64,000 bases of DNA from an uncultured Nitrososphaerota archaeon (GCA_964594835.1 CAZQNA010000001.1:192989-256988), one strand, 5' to 3'; positions 9,380 through 19,348 are shown, numbered from the stretch's first letter. Notes: a model not told the origin generated them from the sequence alone. Numbers and translations: made by a program.

Positions 9380-10533
9380 GGCGGCCTAGGGAGAGATACG
9401 ACGTCGTGGTGATAGGCGCGGGGATAGTGGGCTGCGCCACGGCCTACTACCTCTCCGCGAGGGGGCTGAGCGTGGCGGTCTTCGACCGCTCCTACATAGC
9501 CTCCGGCTCGACGGGGCGGTGTCCCGGTGGGATAAGGCAGCAGTGGGCCACGGAGGACCACGTCAGGCTTGCCATGAAGAGCGTCGAGATCTACAAGAAC
9601 CTGGACCAGGAGCTGGGGGTGGACACGGGGTACAGGCAGGGGGGCTACCTGATCATCGCCAAGACCGAGGAGGAGGTGAGGCAGTTCCAGAGGAACATGA
9701 GGATTCAGAGGTCCCTGGGCCTCCCCGTGAGGTGGCTCGAGCCTGGGGAGATCAGGGAAGTGGTGCCTGAGCTGGACGTCGAGGGGATAGGGGCCATCGG
9801 CGCGGCCTGGAATCCAACGGACGGGTACGCCGATCCCTTCAAGGTGACGTACGGCTACGCCAGGGCTGCCGAGAGGCTGGGGGCCGAGATATTCACGTTC
9901 AACGAGGTGAGGAGGGTCGTGGTCGAGGACGGCCAGGTCAGGGGGGTGGAGACCCCCCGGGGGGTGGTCAGGGCCGACTGGGTCGTCAACGCGGCCGGGG
10001 CGTGGTCGAGGCCCATCGCAGAGACGGCCGGGGTGAGGCTTCCGAACAGGCCGTACAGGCACGAGATACTCGTGACAGAGCCTGTGAAGCCCTTCCTCCG
10101 CCCAATGGTGATATCCTTCCACGACAACGTCTACTTCAGGCAGTCCTCCAGGGGCGGCATAATCGGGGGTTGGGGCGACCCCAACGAGAGGCCTGGGTAC
10201 AACTTCAGGTCCAGCCTCAGGTTCCTCGTCACGATGACCAGGCTCCTCTCAACGTACCTCCCCTCCCTGAGGGGGATCAGGGTGGTCAGGCAGTGGGCGG
10301 GCCTCTACGACGTGACGCCCGACGCCCACCAGATAACGGGTCCGGTTAGGGGGGTCGAGGGCTTCGTCCAGGCCAACGGCTTCAGCGGCCACGGCTTCAT
10401 GATGGGACCGGCCACCGCCCACCTGGTGGCCCAGCTGATATCGGGCGAGACTCCAGACCTCCCGCTGGACCCCTTCCTTCCGGAGAGGTTCGAGAGGGGA
10501 GTCTCAGCCGGAGAGACCGCCGTCGTGGGCTAA
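9376..10533 (+). CDS. FAD-dependent amino-acid oxidoreductase (DAO family), beta-type subunit
   Basis: VIGAGIVG, GSTGRC, RQWAGLYD and GFSGHGFM motifs. Confidence 0.88.
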   Translation: MRRPRERYDVVVIGAGIVGCATAYYLSARGLSVAVFDRSYIASGSTGRCPGGIRQQWATEDHVRLAMKSVEIYKNLDQELGVDTGYRQGGYLIIAKTEEEVRQFQRNMRIQRSLGLPVRWLEPGEIREVVPELDVEGIGAIGAAWNPTDGYADPFKVTYGYARAAERLGAEIFTFNEVRRVVVEDGQVRGVETPRGVVRADWVVNAAGAWSRPIAETAGVRLPNRPYRHEILVTEPVKPFLRPMVISFHDNVYFRQSSRGGIIGGWGDPNERPGYNFRSSLRFLVTMTRLLSTYLPSLRGIRVVRQWAGLYDVTPDAHQITGPVRGVEGFVQANGFSGHGFMMGPATAHLVAQLISGETPDLPLDPFLPERFERGVSAGETAVVG

Positions 10534-10548
10534 GCACGCGCCGCGGGG

Positions 10549-11379
10549 CTACTCCAGGTGCCTGGCTATGGCCCTCAGGAGATCCATCTCCGTGACTATC
10601 CCGACCAGCCTGCCGGCCGTGACCACGGGCAGGGCCCCCACCCCCGCCTCGGTGGTCCTCCTCACGGCGGCCATGACGCCGAACTGAGGGTTGACTTTCA
10701 GAGGACTCTCGGTCATCACCCTCCTCACTGGACCGAAGAAGGCGTCGGAGGCGGACGGGTCCTCCTCACAGCCCGAGGCCAGGGCGACGAGGTCCCTGGC
10801 CGTCACTATCCCGACGAGCTTGCCGACCTCATCCACCACTGGGTACCTCCTGAACCCCCCCTCCACCATCCCCCTGACTGCCTTGTGGACCGGATCCTCC
10901 GGGCGCAGCGTCCTGACCTCGCGGGTCATTATCTCCCTGACGCTCTCGCGAACCTCTACGGCATCCTTGAGCGCGTTGAGGAGGTCCCGCTCGGTCACTA
11001 TGCCAAGGAGCCTCCCCCTCTCGTCCACCACGAGGGCGGCCCCCGCGTCCGTCGAGAGCACGGCGTTCAGGACCTCTCTGATCGGCGCGAATGGATCAAC
11101 GATGGCCGGTGGAGAGTGGAGGACGCTTCTAAGAGGCTTCCTAAGGGCCTCTATGACGCAGGCCCTTCCCGCATCTGGAGAGATGGCCTCTGAGATGGCC
11201 TTGAGGACGTCCCTGGCCGTCACTATCCCCACGACCTCTCCGTCCTGGAGGACGGGGAGGCGCCTGAACCAGCCCCTGGTCATGACCTTCGCGGCCTTGA
11301 GAATGGCGTCCTCCGGTCGGGCGGTGACCACAGACAGTGTTGAGATCTCTATGGCCTTCTTCTCCAGCCCCTGACCCAC
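10549..11379 (-). CDS. Tandem CBS-domain protein (4 CBS)
   Basis: Four repeats ending in GIVTARD, GIVTERD, GIVTARD and GIVTEMD. Confidence 0.9.
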   Translation of the reverse strand: MGQGLEKKAIEISTLSVVTARPEDAILKAAKVMTRGWFRRLPVLQDGEVVGIVTARDVLKAISEAISPDAGRACVIEALRKPLRSVLHSPPAIVDPFAPIREVLNAVLSTDAGAALVVDERGRLLGIVTERDLLNALKDAVEVRESVREIMTREVRTLRPEDPVHKAVRGMVEGGFRRYPVVDEVGKLVGIVTARDLVALASGCEEDPSASDAFFGPVRRVMTESPLKVNPQFGVMAAVRRTTEAGVGALPVVTAGRLVGIVTEMDLLRAIARHLE

Positions 11380-11455
11380 GTGGAGAGGCTGTGGACCAAT
11401 TTGTTTAAAACATTTACTTAATGGCCGGAGAATCTACCTGAGGACGCGCAGACCC

Positions 11456-11755
11456 TCAGGGGAACATGGGCTCCGCCCTCTCTGAGTTCGGGTTCCAAAC
11501 CATCAACCTCTCGCCCTTCTTCTCCTTCGGGATCACCAGCAGACGTCTGTGAGACTGCCTCAGCGGCAGCACGAAGTACTCCTCCACGGTGCCGTCGTCT
11601 CCCAGAAGCACAAGCTTGTACTTGTCCTCCGTCCTCTCCATCGTGTCCGGGTCTCGATACTCGATCAGGGCAAACCTCCCCCTCCTGACCAGCGTTCTGA
11701 CCTCGACCTTTCCCTTCTTCGATACGGTCAGGACCTCCTCTGGGACCTCCCCCAT
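11456..11755 (-). CDS. Hypothetical protein (about 99 aa, beta-rich)
   Basis: Protein-like composition from ATG 11755 with normal codon bias. Confidence 0.55.
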   Translation of the reverse strand: MGEVPEEVLTVSKKGKVEVRTLVRRGRFALIEYRDPDTMERTEDKYKLVLLGDDGTVEEYFVLPLRQSHRRLLVIPKEKKGERLMVWNPNSERAEPMFP

Positions 11756-11802
11756 CTGGGATCGGGGCGAGATGCCGCCGGGAGTCAAAAACGCTTTTCC
11801 AC

Positions 11803-12477
11803 TCAGCAGTCTCCCTGGGCAGCTATCGGATCCAGGGCCCTCTGGATGTCCTCCCAAACCTGATCTATCTCTTTGCACCCGTCCACCTCGATGAGGATGC
11901 CTCTCTGCCTGTAATACCCCACGAGGGGCTCGGTCTGCCTGTGATAGACCCTGAGCCTCTCCCTCACGACCTCCTCCCTGTCGTCGTCCCTCTGGACGAG
12001 CCTCCCCCCGCAGCGGTCGCAGACGCCAGGCACCCTGGGGGGGCTGTAGTCCAGGTGGTAGATGGCCCCGCAGCTCTCGCAGACCCTCCTCCTGGAGAGC
12101 CTCCTGACGACGGCCTCCTCCGACACCCTCAGGTAGAGCACGGCGTCGAGATCCTTGTTGGCCTCCCTGAGCATCCTGTCCAGCGCCTCGGCCTGGGACA
12201 GGGTCCGCGGGAACCCGTCGAGGATGAACCCCCTCTCGCAGTCAGGCCTGCATATCCTGTCCCTGACCATCTCCACCACGAGCTCGTCCGGCACGAGTTC
12301 GCCCGACTCCACGTACCTCCTCACCCTGCTTGCCAGCTCGTCCTCCCTCCTGAGGATCTCGCGGAACATGTCTCCCGTGGACACGTGGGGTATCCCATAC
12401 TTGGACGAGATCCGGGCCGACTGGGTTCCCTTTCCGGCCCCCGGGGGGCCCACTATGACGAGCCTCAAGGGGATCAC
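11803..12477 (-). CDS. adk: Adenylate kinase (bacterial/long type with zinc LID)
   Basis: GPPGAGKGTQ, STGDMFR, LDGFPRT, CESC...CDRC and QRDDD. GTG start overlaps the upstream TGA. Confidence 0.95.
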   Translation of the reverse strand: MIPLRLVIVGPPGAGKGTQSARISSKYGIPHVSTGDMFREILRREDELASRVRRYVESGELVPDELVVEMVRDRICRPDCERGFILDGFPRTLSQAEALDRMLREANKDLDAVLYLRVSEEAVVRRLSRRRVCESCGAIYHLDYSPPRVPGVCDRCGGRLVQRDDDREEVVRERLRVYHRQTEPLVGYYRQRGILIEVDGCKEIDQVWEDIQRALDPIAAQGDC

Positions 12478-13130
12478 CCGATCGAGGCCGCAACCAGCCT
12501 GCCGAGGGGGGTGAGCTCCACCGCGGTCTTTCGACCGATCCTCGTCACCTTCACGAAGCCCATGGCCTCCAGGCCCGGGGTCCTCTCTGACCCCCTGATG
12601 TGGTAGCTCAGGAGGGCCCGGCTCATGGCGGTCTTCTGGGACAGGTTGTCGAGCCCCTCCACCCTCCCCCCCTCGGACCAGAGTGCGGCGAGGATGCTGA
12701 GCTTCTCCTCGCTGAGCCCGACCCTGAGGCCGTTGGGCGGGGTGGGGAGGCTGATTATCCTCCCGTTTACGACGTCGAAGCAGGGGAGGCCGTGGGCCAT
12801 GGCCGCAAGGAGGCCGGCGACGGCCTGGCTCTTGTCCGCCGCCCCTATGTTGACCTCGATGGAGGTGTACTCCTCGCACAGCTCCCTCATGGCCTCTCTC
12901 ATGATGGTGGCCATCTCCTCGGGGCTTTTGGAGTCCTGGTAGGGAACCAGCTTTATTGGGAGGCTCAGCAGGGCGCTGAGGACATCGGACTGGGCTGTCA
13001 CTGCCTCCATCTCCTCCCGCCGAAATATCAGGACGAGACCGTGGACCTGTCTCTCCCTAAGCGCGGCCGTGAGTGCGTCGGTGAAGCTGCCAGAAACCAG
13101 CGCGAGCTGGCAGACTCGCTCCTCCTGCAA
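12474..13130 (-). CDS. CARF/Rossmann-like domain + wHTH transcriptional regulator (Csa3 / HFX_2341-like)
   Basis: VNIGAADKSQAVAGLLAA resembles the CARF beta4 motif. C-terminal HTH LSQKTAMSRALLSYHI...LTPLG. TTG 13130 lies about 28 nt from TTATAAA. Confidence 0.7.
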   Translation of the reverse strand: MQEERVCQLALVSGSFTDALTAALRERQVHGLVLIFRREEMEAVTAQSDVLSALLSLPIKLVPYQDSKSPEEMATIMREAMRELCEEYTSIEVNIGAADKSQAVAGLLAAMAHGLPCFDVVNGRIISLPTPPNGLRVGLSEEKLSILAALWSEGGRVEGLDNLSQKTAMSRALLSYHIRGSERTPGLEAMGFVKVTRIGRKTAVELTPLGRLVAASIG

Positions 13131-13265
13131 TGGAACCCCTCTGGGCACGCGGAGACAATTTATAAGCTCTCCGCACGACAGTCAAGCGCGATACTGCCAG
13201 AGGTCCGACGGGGCGCTGGGAAGGGGTAAATAGGCGGGGAGAGATCTCCCCTCTGGTGCGGAGAT

Positions 13266-13706
13266 TTGAGCCAGGTGGAGACCAGGGGTGAGTTGGTCTT
13301 CAGGGATCCAGAGTCCCTGTCAGCGGTTCTGAGGAGGCTGCCTGGGGGCGAGTCTGCGGCGTCCTGGCTGGAGGGCCTGAGGTCCGAGGGCAGGGCGGGC
13401 CGCCTAGAGCTTCAATCGGTCTCCCTGGAGGAGGCGATCGTGGACGAGACGGGGCTGGTCCACGTTAGGTTCTCGGGGAGGGAGGACTGGCCCGCGCCCG
13501 CCGCCCCCGCCGACGAGAACCCGGTGGACTGGATCAGGTCACAGACCGTGGCTGGCGTGTGGGAGTCGGAGGTCTCGAAGTCCATAGACAGCTGGGGGGA
13601 CCCGTCCTCCTTGGCGTACTACACGGAGGAGCAGATCGAGCAGCGGAGGAAGGAACTCCTGAACTGGTGGATGGACGCCCTGGGGGACGTGATGGGGGGC
13701 CTGTGA
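13266..13706 (+). CDS. Hypothetical protein
   Basis: 146 aa ORF ending 1 nt before the protease gene; no family recognised. Confidence 0.55.
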   Translation: MSQVETRGELVFRDPESLSAVLRRLPGGESAASWLEGLRSEGRAGRLELQSVSLEEAIVDETGLVHVRFSGREDWPAPAAPADENPVDWIRSQTVAGVWESEVSKSIDSWGDPSSLAYYTEEQIEQRRKELLNWWMDALGDVMGGL

Positions 13707-13707
13707 G

Positions 13708-15711
13708 TTGGCGGAGCGGAGGGCGTCGCTGGCCGGGGCCCTCCTGCTCATCTCGATCTGCTCTTCTGCGGCTGCGGCCCTCAGCTCGGCCGGGCCGGCG
13801 GCCTACCCCGGGCAGGCATCTCTCTCGGTCCCGGCCGTCACCACGGGCGGAGAGGGGGTGCTCAGCAGGCTAAGCGTTAGGGTCGAGCCCGGGCACGGCA
13901 GGGTATACTTCTCGGCCGACCCGCTCACCCAGCTCGACACCCAGTCGGCGGCCAGGACCGCCGCCCTGGTCGCCTGCTCCCTCCTGGGGGTCGACCCGTC
14001 GGACTACGACTTCTACGTCTCCATGGAGTCCGACAGCCTCATAGTGGGCGGCCCGAGCGCGGGGGCCGCCATGGCCGTGGCCATGGCCGCGGCCATCGCC
14101 AACCTGAGCCTGAGGGGCGACGTCGTCATAACGGGAATGGTGAATCCGGACGGCACCATAGGCCCCGTGGGAGGGGTGCCCGAGAAGCTCCGGGCGGCCG
14201 CCGAGGGGGGAGCTCACGTCTTCCTGGTCCCGGCCGGTCAGAGCGTCGTGGTGGAGAGCAGGGTGGTGGAGGAGAAGGGGCCGTTCTGGGTCACCAGGAG
14301 GGTCGTTAGGGAGCAGGTCAACGTCACCCAGCTCGGCCTCGAGCTGGGCGTTGAGGTCAGGGAGGTCCTCACCGTCAGGGAGGCGCTGTCCGTCTTCACG
14401 GGGTTGGAGTCGACCGTCGAGACCCCGAAGTCGATTGACCTCCCCGAGGAGGTGAGGACGGAGATATCGAGGTGGCTCGAATCCTACTTGGAGGCCTACA
14501 GCTCGTCCAGGGATGAGGCCGCCTCCGTGCTGGACGGTATATCCAGCAGACCGCTTAGAAGGTACGTCTCCGACGCCCTCTCGCTTGCCGACGGGGAGGC
14601 GGCGGCCGCCCGGGATCTGGCCTCCCGGGGGAGGGTGTACTCAGCCGTCAGCGCGGCGTTCAGGGCCGCCATGGAGGCGGACAGATCCATGCTGGTGGCT
14701 CGTATGGCGACTTCCAAGTCGCCGGACGAGGTCCTTCTCTCGTACGCTTCACAGGCCAACGCCTCCATCTCGTCCGCCGAGTCCCTCCTCTCATCGGAGT
14801 CACCGGGATCTCTGAGTGAGCTTGAGATCCTAGTGGGGGCCTGGGAGAGGTTGTACGACGCCAAGAAGGCCATGAGCAGGGCCGACTCGGCGTACAGGTC
14901 CGGAGATCTGATCTCGGCGGCGGAGTGGCTGTGCTACGCCAGGTGGAGGGCGCGAACCGCTGAGGACTGGGCGTCCCTGGAGGTCTCCGGCGGGCCGGCC
15001 CCGCCGCCCGAGTCGGTCTCTGGGGTCGCCTCCACTATGATGTACGAGGCTGAGAGCGTCGTGGGGTACGCCACCACCCTGCTGGAGGAGGTGGGGGCGG
15101 GAGGCGACCTCCTGGAGAGGGCCACCTCTAGCCTGGAGATGGCCAGGGAGGCCGAGGCGGAGGGGAGGATCTACGCCGTGATAGGGCTCTCGGCCGAGGC
15201 CATAGCGTACTCCACCATGGCCGTACACGGGGTGTTCTCGACCGCAGATCTCGAGTCCCTCATCATGGCGATATCCAACGAGTCTAGGGGGCTGGTGTGG
15301 AGGGCCATGTCATCCGGGGCCGTTCCGGTCCTGGCCCTCAGCTACATGGAGCACGCGGAGGTCTCCGAGTCCGGGGGCGACCTGAAAACCGCCCTCCTGT
15401 TCTACGAGCTGGCGGCGACGTACGCTAACCTCGACTGCCTCCTGGCGCGCGCCAGGCCGCCGCGCCTGATCCCGACCGAGACCCCTGAGGCCCGCCCCGC
15501 GCCTCGACAGCCCAGGGAGACCCCGGCCCCAGAGCTACCCGGGGGTTTCGGGTGGGGGGCCGTCGCCGTCGCCGGCCTGGTCGGCTTCGCGGCCGGGTCC
15601 GTCGCGGCGCTGGCGCTGTCACGCCGTAGAGAGGATCAGAGAAGCGGCGGATCGAGCCTGATCAGTACCACGCCTCCGCCCTCCGGCCGGCGAGGAACCT
15701 CCAGCCCATGA
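13708..15711 (+). CDS. Secreted/membrane-anchored S16 (Lon C-terminal type) serine protease
   Basis: Signal peptide, GGPSAG catalytic Ser, ITGMVNPDGTIGPVGGVPEK (Lys), long helical region and C-terminal TM followed by RRR. Confidence 0.85.
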   Translation: MAERRASLAGALLLISICSSAAAALSSAGPAAYPGQASLSVPAVTTGGEGVLSRLSVRVEPGHGRVYFSADPLTQLDTQSAARTAALVACSLLGVDPSDYDFYVSMESDSLIVGGPSAGAAMAVAMAAAIANLSLRGDVVITGMVNPDGTIGPVGGVPEKLRAAAEGGAHVFLVPAGQSVVVESRVVEEKGPFWVTRRVVREQVNVTQLGLELGVEVREVLTVREALSVFTGLESTVETPKSIDLPEEVRTEISRWLESYLEAYSSSRDEAASVLDGISSRPLRRYVSDALSLADGEAAAARDLASRGRVYSAVSAAFRAAMEADRSMLVARMATSKSPDEVLLSYASQANASISSAESLLSSESPGSLSELEILVGAWERLYDAKKAMSRADSAYRSGDLISAAEWLCYARWRARTAEDWASLEVSGGPAPPPESVSGVASTMMYEAESVVGYATTLLEEVGAGGDLLERATSSLEMAREAEAEGRIYAVIGLSAEAIAYSTMAVHGVFSTADLESLIMAISNESRGLVWRAMSSGAVPVLALSYMEHAEVSESGGDLKTALLFYELAATYANLDCLLARARPPRLIPTETPEARPAPRQPRETPAPELPGGFGWGAVAVAGLVGFAAGSVAALALSRRREDQRSGGSSLISTTPPPSGRRGTSSP

Positions 15712-16300
15712 CGGCCCCGACCAGAAGGCCCAGGGCGTGGGCGACGACATCGACGCCCTCGAGGAATCCGCCTCCGACCACCAGGAGCGCCACGATCACG
15801 GTGCTTGAGGAGATCCGGCCGAATCTGACCCACTCGAGCACCATGGCGACCCCGAAGAGCCCCAGTATCCCGCCGGAGGCGCCCACCGACACCCCCCATG
15901 GGGTCAGGATCGCCGACCCGAGACCGCCGACCAGCGCGGCAGAGAAGAAGGTGGTCAGCATGCGGGTCGACCCCAGGACGCTCTCGGTGATGGGCCCCAA
16001 CACGTAGAGGGCGTACAGGTTGAACGCCAGGTGTACTAACCCCGCGTGGAGGAAGATAGACGTCAGCAGGGTGTAGGGGCGACCGGAGACCATCGCCTCA
16101 AGGGAGGAGCCCCATCGGTAGAGGATCTCCTTGGACGGAAAGGGTGGCGACCCCATAGAGGCCACGTAGCCAGCCACCATGAGGGCCAGGAGCGACGATG
16201 TGGCCCACGGAACCCTGGCCTGTCTCCTGAGGATGACCGCGCTCAAGGCGCCAGCCAAGACCGAAGCTGCGAGCCTCAGCACCCAAGTCAAGTCGATCAC
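15662..16300 (-). CDS. Rhomboid intramembrane serine protease
   Basis: FLHAGLVHLAFN, VGASGG and AHALG motifs. Confidence 0.9.
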   Translation of the reverse strand: MIDLTWVLRLAASVLAGALSAVILRRQARVPWATSSLLALMVAGYVASMGSPPFPSKEILYRWGSSLEAMVSGRPYTLLTSIFLHAGLVHLAFNLYALYVLGPITESVLGSTRMLTTFFSAALVGGLGSAILTPWGVSVGASGGILGLFGVAMVLEWVRFGRISSSTVIVALLVVGGGFLEGVDVVAHALGLLVGAVMGWRFLAGRRAEAWY

Positions 16301-17460
16301 CGCCCAGCGACCTCGACCAGCAGCCTCGCAATGGCCCCGGCCGCGGCCCGGGGTGAGATGGCCGCGGCCCGGGCTGCAGCCCAGGGGCTCAAAATCTTGA
16401 GCGCCGACCTCCCCTGTAGGTCCACGTCAAACTCCCTCCGCAGAACGTCCTCCCTCTCTTTGAGTAACCTGAACAGCTCATCCAACTCGTCGGGCCGAAC
16501 CCTCTCTAGGTACTCCCTGGCCGCCAGGGAAATGGCCACTTCCCTCCCAAAGAGCTTCCACCACCCTCCCCCGTAGTCCGGCGATCGCGCGCCCCCCTCG
16601 GAGTGCCTGAGGATCGACTCGGCGGCCATCCTAGCCGCCGATACCCCCCAGTAGATGCCGCCCCTGCTTAGGGGCTTCACCTGCCCGGCTGAGTCGCCGA
16701 CGAATACTATCCAGGACCTTCCAAACCTGAAAGTCGTCCGCCTCATCGGCTTCCTCGGAATCAGACCTCCCCTCACGTCTCTTGGGCTGCAGGGGGACTG
16801 AGACAGGGCCCACCTCAGGACCTCGACCCCCCTCCGCCCGAGGGCTCCGGCCATGACCCCTCCCTCCGCGGGATGCACCCAGGAGAAGCTAGAGCCCCCC
16901 CTAAGGCGGACGACGTAGCCGTCGATATCCCCCCCAGGACACCTCGCGTTGACTCCCACCTCGAGATCCTGCCTCCCGATCCCCAGAACCCTCCTCACGC
17001 TTGAGTCAGCCCCGTCGGAGGCGATCAGGTACCTGAAGCAGACGGCCAGCTTCTCCCCAGATCTCCTGGCCGTCGCGGTTCCTGGGGATAGCCCGACGAG
17101 CCTGGCCGAAGTGATCAGGGTGGCTCCCTCCGACTTGGCGCACTCCGCCATGTCGAGGTCCATAGACTCCCTCCTCACAACCCGCGCCAGACCCCGGCGG
17201 CGGACGAGGAGCTCCTCCCCACCAGGAGAGACGAACCTGGCCCAGTTCACCTGCCCGACAACCCAGTCCTCGCGCCTCAGGGGGAGGGCCTTCCACGCCA
17301 GTCCCCCGAGTATCCCCGAGCAGGCCCTCCTCAGGCCCGGCCTCGACCTGGCCTCCAGCACAACGACCCTCATCCCTGCCCTGGCGAGCGTGAGCGCCGC
17401 AGTCGATCCGGCGGGACCAGCCCCAACTACGAGCGCATCAGCCCTCAGCTCGCTCGACAA
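16297..17460 (-). CDS. Geranylgeranyl reductase family flavoprotein
   Basis: VGAGPAG, ACSG, DGADS and VGDSAGQVKPLSRGGI motifs. Confidence 0.8.
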   Translation of the reverse strand: MSSELRADALVVGAGPAGSTAALTLARAGMRVVVLEARSRPGLRRACSGILGGLAWKALPLRREDWVVGQVNWARFVSPGGEELLVRRRGLARVVRRESMDLDMAECAKSEGATLITSARLVGLSPGTATARRSGEKLAVCFRYLIASDGADSSVRRVLGIGRQDLEVGVNARCPGGDIDGYVVRLRGGSSFSWVHPAEGGVMAGALGRRGVEVLRWALSQSPCSPRDVRGGLIPRKPMRRTTFRFGRSWIVFVGDSAGQVKPLSRGGIYWGVSAARMAAESILRHSEGGARSPDYGGGWWKLFGREVAISLAAREYLERVRPDELDELFRLLKEREDVLRREFDVDLQGRSALKILSPWAAARAAAISPRAAAGAIARLLVEVAGR

Positions 17461-17689
17461 TTCGAAGCAGCTCCTCCTCGGTCAGGGGGCCCTGGTGGAC
17501 CAGCCTCCCGTCTACTAGCAGAGCCGGCAGGAGCTTGACCCCGGCGCTCAGGGCCAGCCTCTGGCCCTCCATGGTTCTCACGGATACCTCCTCGTACTCC
17601 AGCCCCCTATCCCGGCAGAACCTCCTCACCAGCCTGGCCGCGTCCAGGGAGGGATCGCAGAGGGGGGAGACGAGGATGGTGATCTTCAC
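17438..17689 (-). CDS. Thioredoxin/glutaredoxin-like protein (CxxS)
   Basis: SPLCDPS active-site region and cis-Pro motif LPALLVDG. Confidence 0.7.
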   Translation of the reverse strand: MKITILVSPLCDPSLDAARLVRRFCRDRGLEYEEVSVRTMEGQRLALSAGVKLLPALLVDGRLVHQGPLTEEELLRIVERAEG

Positions 17690-17732
17690 CCGCGACCACC
17701 CGAAGGAATTCTCCCCGGCGTCCTGCGGTCCC

Positions 17733-18404
17733 TCAGCCCTGGCTCCAGGGCGCCCTGACGAACTTGTACCTTATCGGCCGGCCCTCTATCCTCTCAACGT
17801 ACCCCTGGGCCTCCAGCCTCTTCAGGTAGTCCCTCGCCGTGGGGTCTGCCACCCTCAGGTAGCTCGCCACCTCGACGCTTGTCTTGGGCCCCTGAAGCTC
17901 CAAGAACCTGAGGGCCCTCAGGCCCTTGTCCCTCTTCGTAAGCTCCGCGATGAGCTTCTGGATGATCTCCGACTCGACCTCCACCCCGACCCTCTTCCTG
18001 GCCTCCAGCTCGGCGGCCATGGATATCAGCTCCTCCATCCTGCCGACGAGTTCCTCCACGACCTCCCCGCCCGTCCACCTGAACATGCCCTCCACCAGCT
18101 CCGGTATCAGCTTGACTAGGTCGGTCAGCAGAGTGCTGTATGTATCGTCGAATACGGCCGAGACGTTCTCCTCCAGGTCGTCTCCGCAGCCGCCGAGCGC
18201 CAGCTTGAGCCCATTCAGGAGAATCTCCCTGTAGTGGCCCTTCTTCAGGTTCATATGCTCTATGACCTTCCTAGAGAGGACTCCACTCAGCTCCGAGGCG
18301 AAGTCCCTCCTTAGCCTGTCGAGGTCCCCCAGGTATCTCTGCCTGAACTCCCTTTCAACCTCTTCCTTGATCTCGCCGAAGGAGTCCTCTTCCGGGTGAT
18401 CCAT
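17733..18404 (-). CDS. Helical N-terminal domain + C-terminal wHTH protein
   Basis: GPKTSVEVASYLRVADPTARDYLKRLEAQGYV...GRP. Confidence 0.75.
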   Translation of the reverse strand: MDHPEEDSFGEIKEEVEREFRQRYLGDLDRLRRDFASELSGVLSRKVIEHMNLKKGHYREILLNGLKLALGGCGDDLEENVSAVFDDTYSTLLTDLVKLIPELVEGMFRWTGGEVVEELVGRMEELISMAAELEARKRVGVEVESEIIQKLIAELTKRDKGLRALRFLELQGPKTSVEVASYLRVADPTARDYLKRLEAQGYVERIEGRPIRYKFVRAPWSQG

Positions 18405-18472
18405 AGCCTATCCTCCTCTCTTTTGACGTGAATAGGCCGGGAGGGCCCGCAACTCATGGGCGGACCCAATTA

Positions 18473-19348
18473 CTATAAACTTGGGTCGCCGCGGCCCCGC
18501 CCCACGGGCCGCGCCTCCACATCCACCCTGAACTTCCACCTTCGCGGAGAGTAGCTCCCGACCTTCCTCCAGCCGAGAACCCTGGTCTTCAGGCCAAGCT
18601 TGCCCGCTGCCTCTCTGATCAGCTCTGCTGCCCTCCGTGGGGCGTCCTCTCCCCCCCAGTAGTAGAAGTGGATCACCCCGCCCTCGGGTCGGAGGCACCT
18701 CAGGGCTAGGTCAAGGAATGCGTAGGCCCCCTTCGGGAGGGGCATCACGACCCTGTCGAACCGGCCGAACAGGGAGGGGCACACTTCTCTGACGTCCCCC
18801 AGGATCGCCCTGACCTTCCCCTCCAGCCTGTTGAGCCTTATGTTCTCCTCGAAGTACCTCACGGCGTCGGGATTTATCTCGACCCCTACAACCTTGGCCA
18901 CCCGCGGCTGGGCCCTAGCTATGGCGACCGCGTACGGGCCGACGCCAGCGAACATCACGAGGACGCGCTCGCCCGGACCGACCATGGCCGCCACCTCGGC
19001 CCTGTCCGTGGCCTCCCTTGGGGAGAAGTAGACCCTCCTCGGGTCGAGCTTGAGCCTGTACCCGTGCTCCCTGTGGATTACCTCGGTGTTCTCGTCTCCC
19101 CAGGCTAGCTCGTATCGTCTGAGCCTCTCCTCACCCTCCCTGGGTCCGAGCTTTATGAGGACGGACTTAACGTGCTTGTGCCTCCTCGCGACCTCCCTGG
19201 CCGCCTCCTCGGGGTCCACCCCCGCGGGGACCTCCACGATGGCGACTGCCCCGGTCTCACGGGATCCCACCAGATCGTACGCTATCCTCCCGGGCCTGCC
19301 CTCCCCCCTCGGAGCACCCTCGGGCCGCTGCCCTGGCGCCAGGAACAC
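18473..19348 (-). CDS. Trm5/Met10+ family tRNA-37 methyltransferase (Trm5a/Taw21-22-like)
   Basis: VYFSPR, MFAGVGPY, EINPDA, RVVMPLPK and YSP motifs. Confidence 0.85.
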   Translation of the reverse strand: MFLAPGQRPEGAPRGEGRPGRIAYDLVGSRETGAVAIVEVPAGVDPEEAAREVARRHKHVKSVLIKLGPREGEERLRRYELAWGDENTEVIHREHGYRLKLDPRRVYFSPREATDRAEVAAMVGPGERVLVMFAGVGPYAVAIARAQPRVAKVVGVEINPDAVRYFEENIRLNRLEGKVRAILGDVREVCPSLFGRFDRVVMPLPKGAYAFLDLALRCLRPEGGVIHFYYWGGEDAPRRAAELIREAAGKLGLKTRVLGWRKVGSYSPRRWKFRVDVEARPVGRGRGDPSL

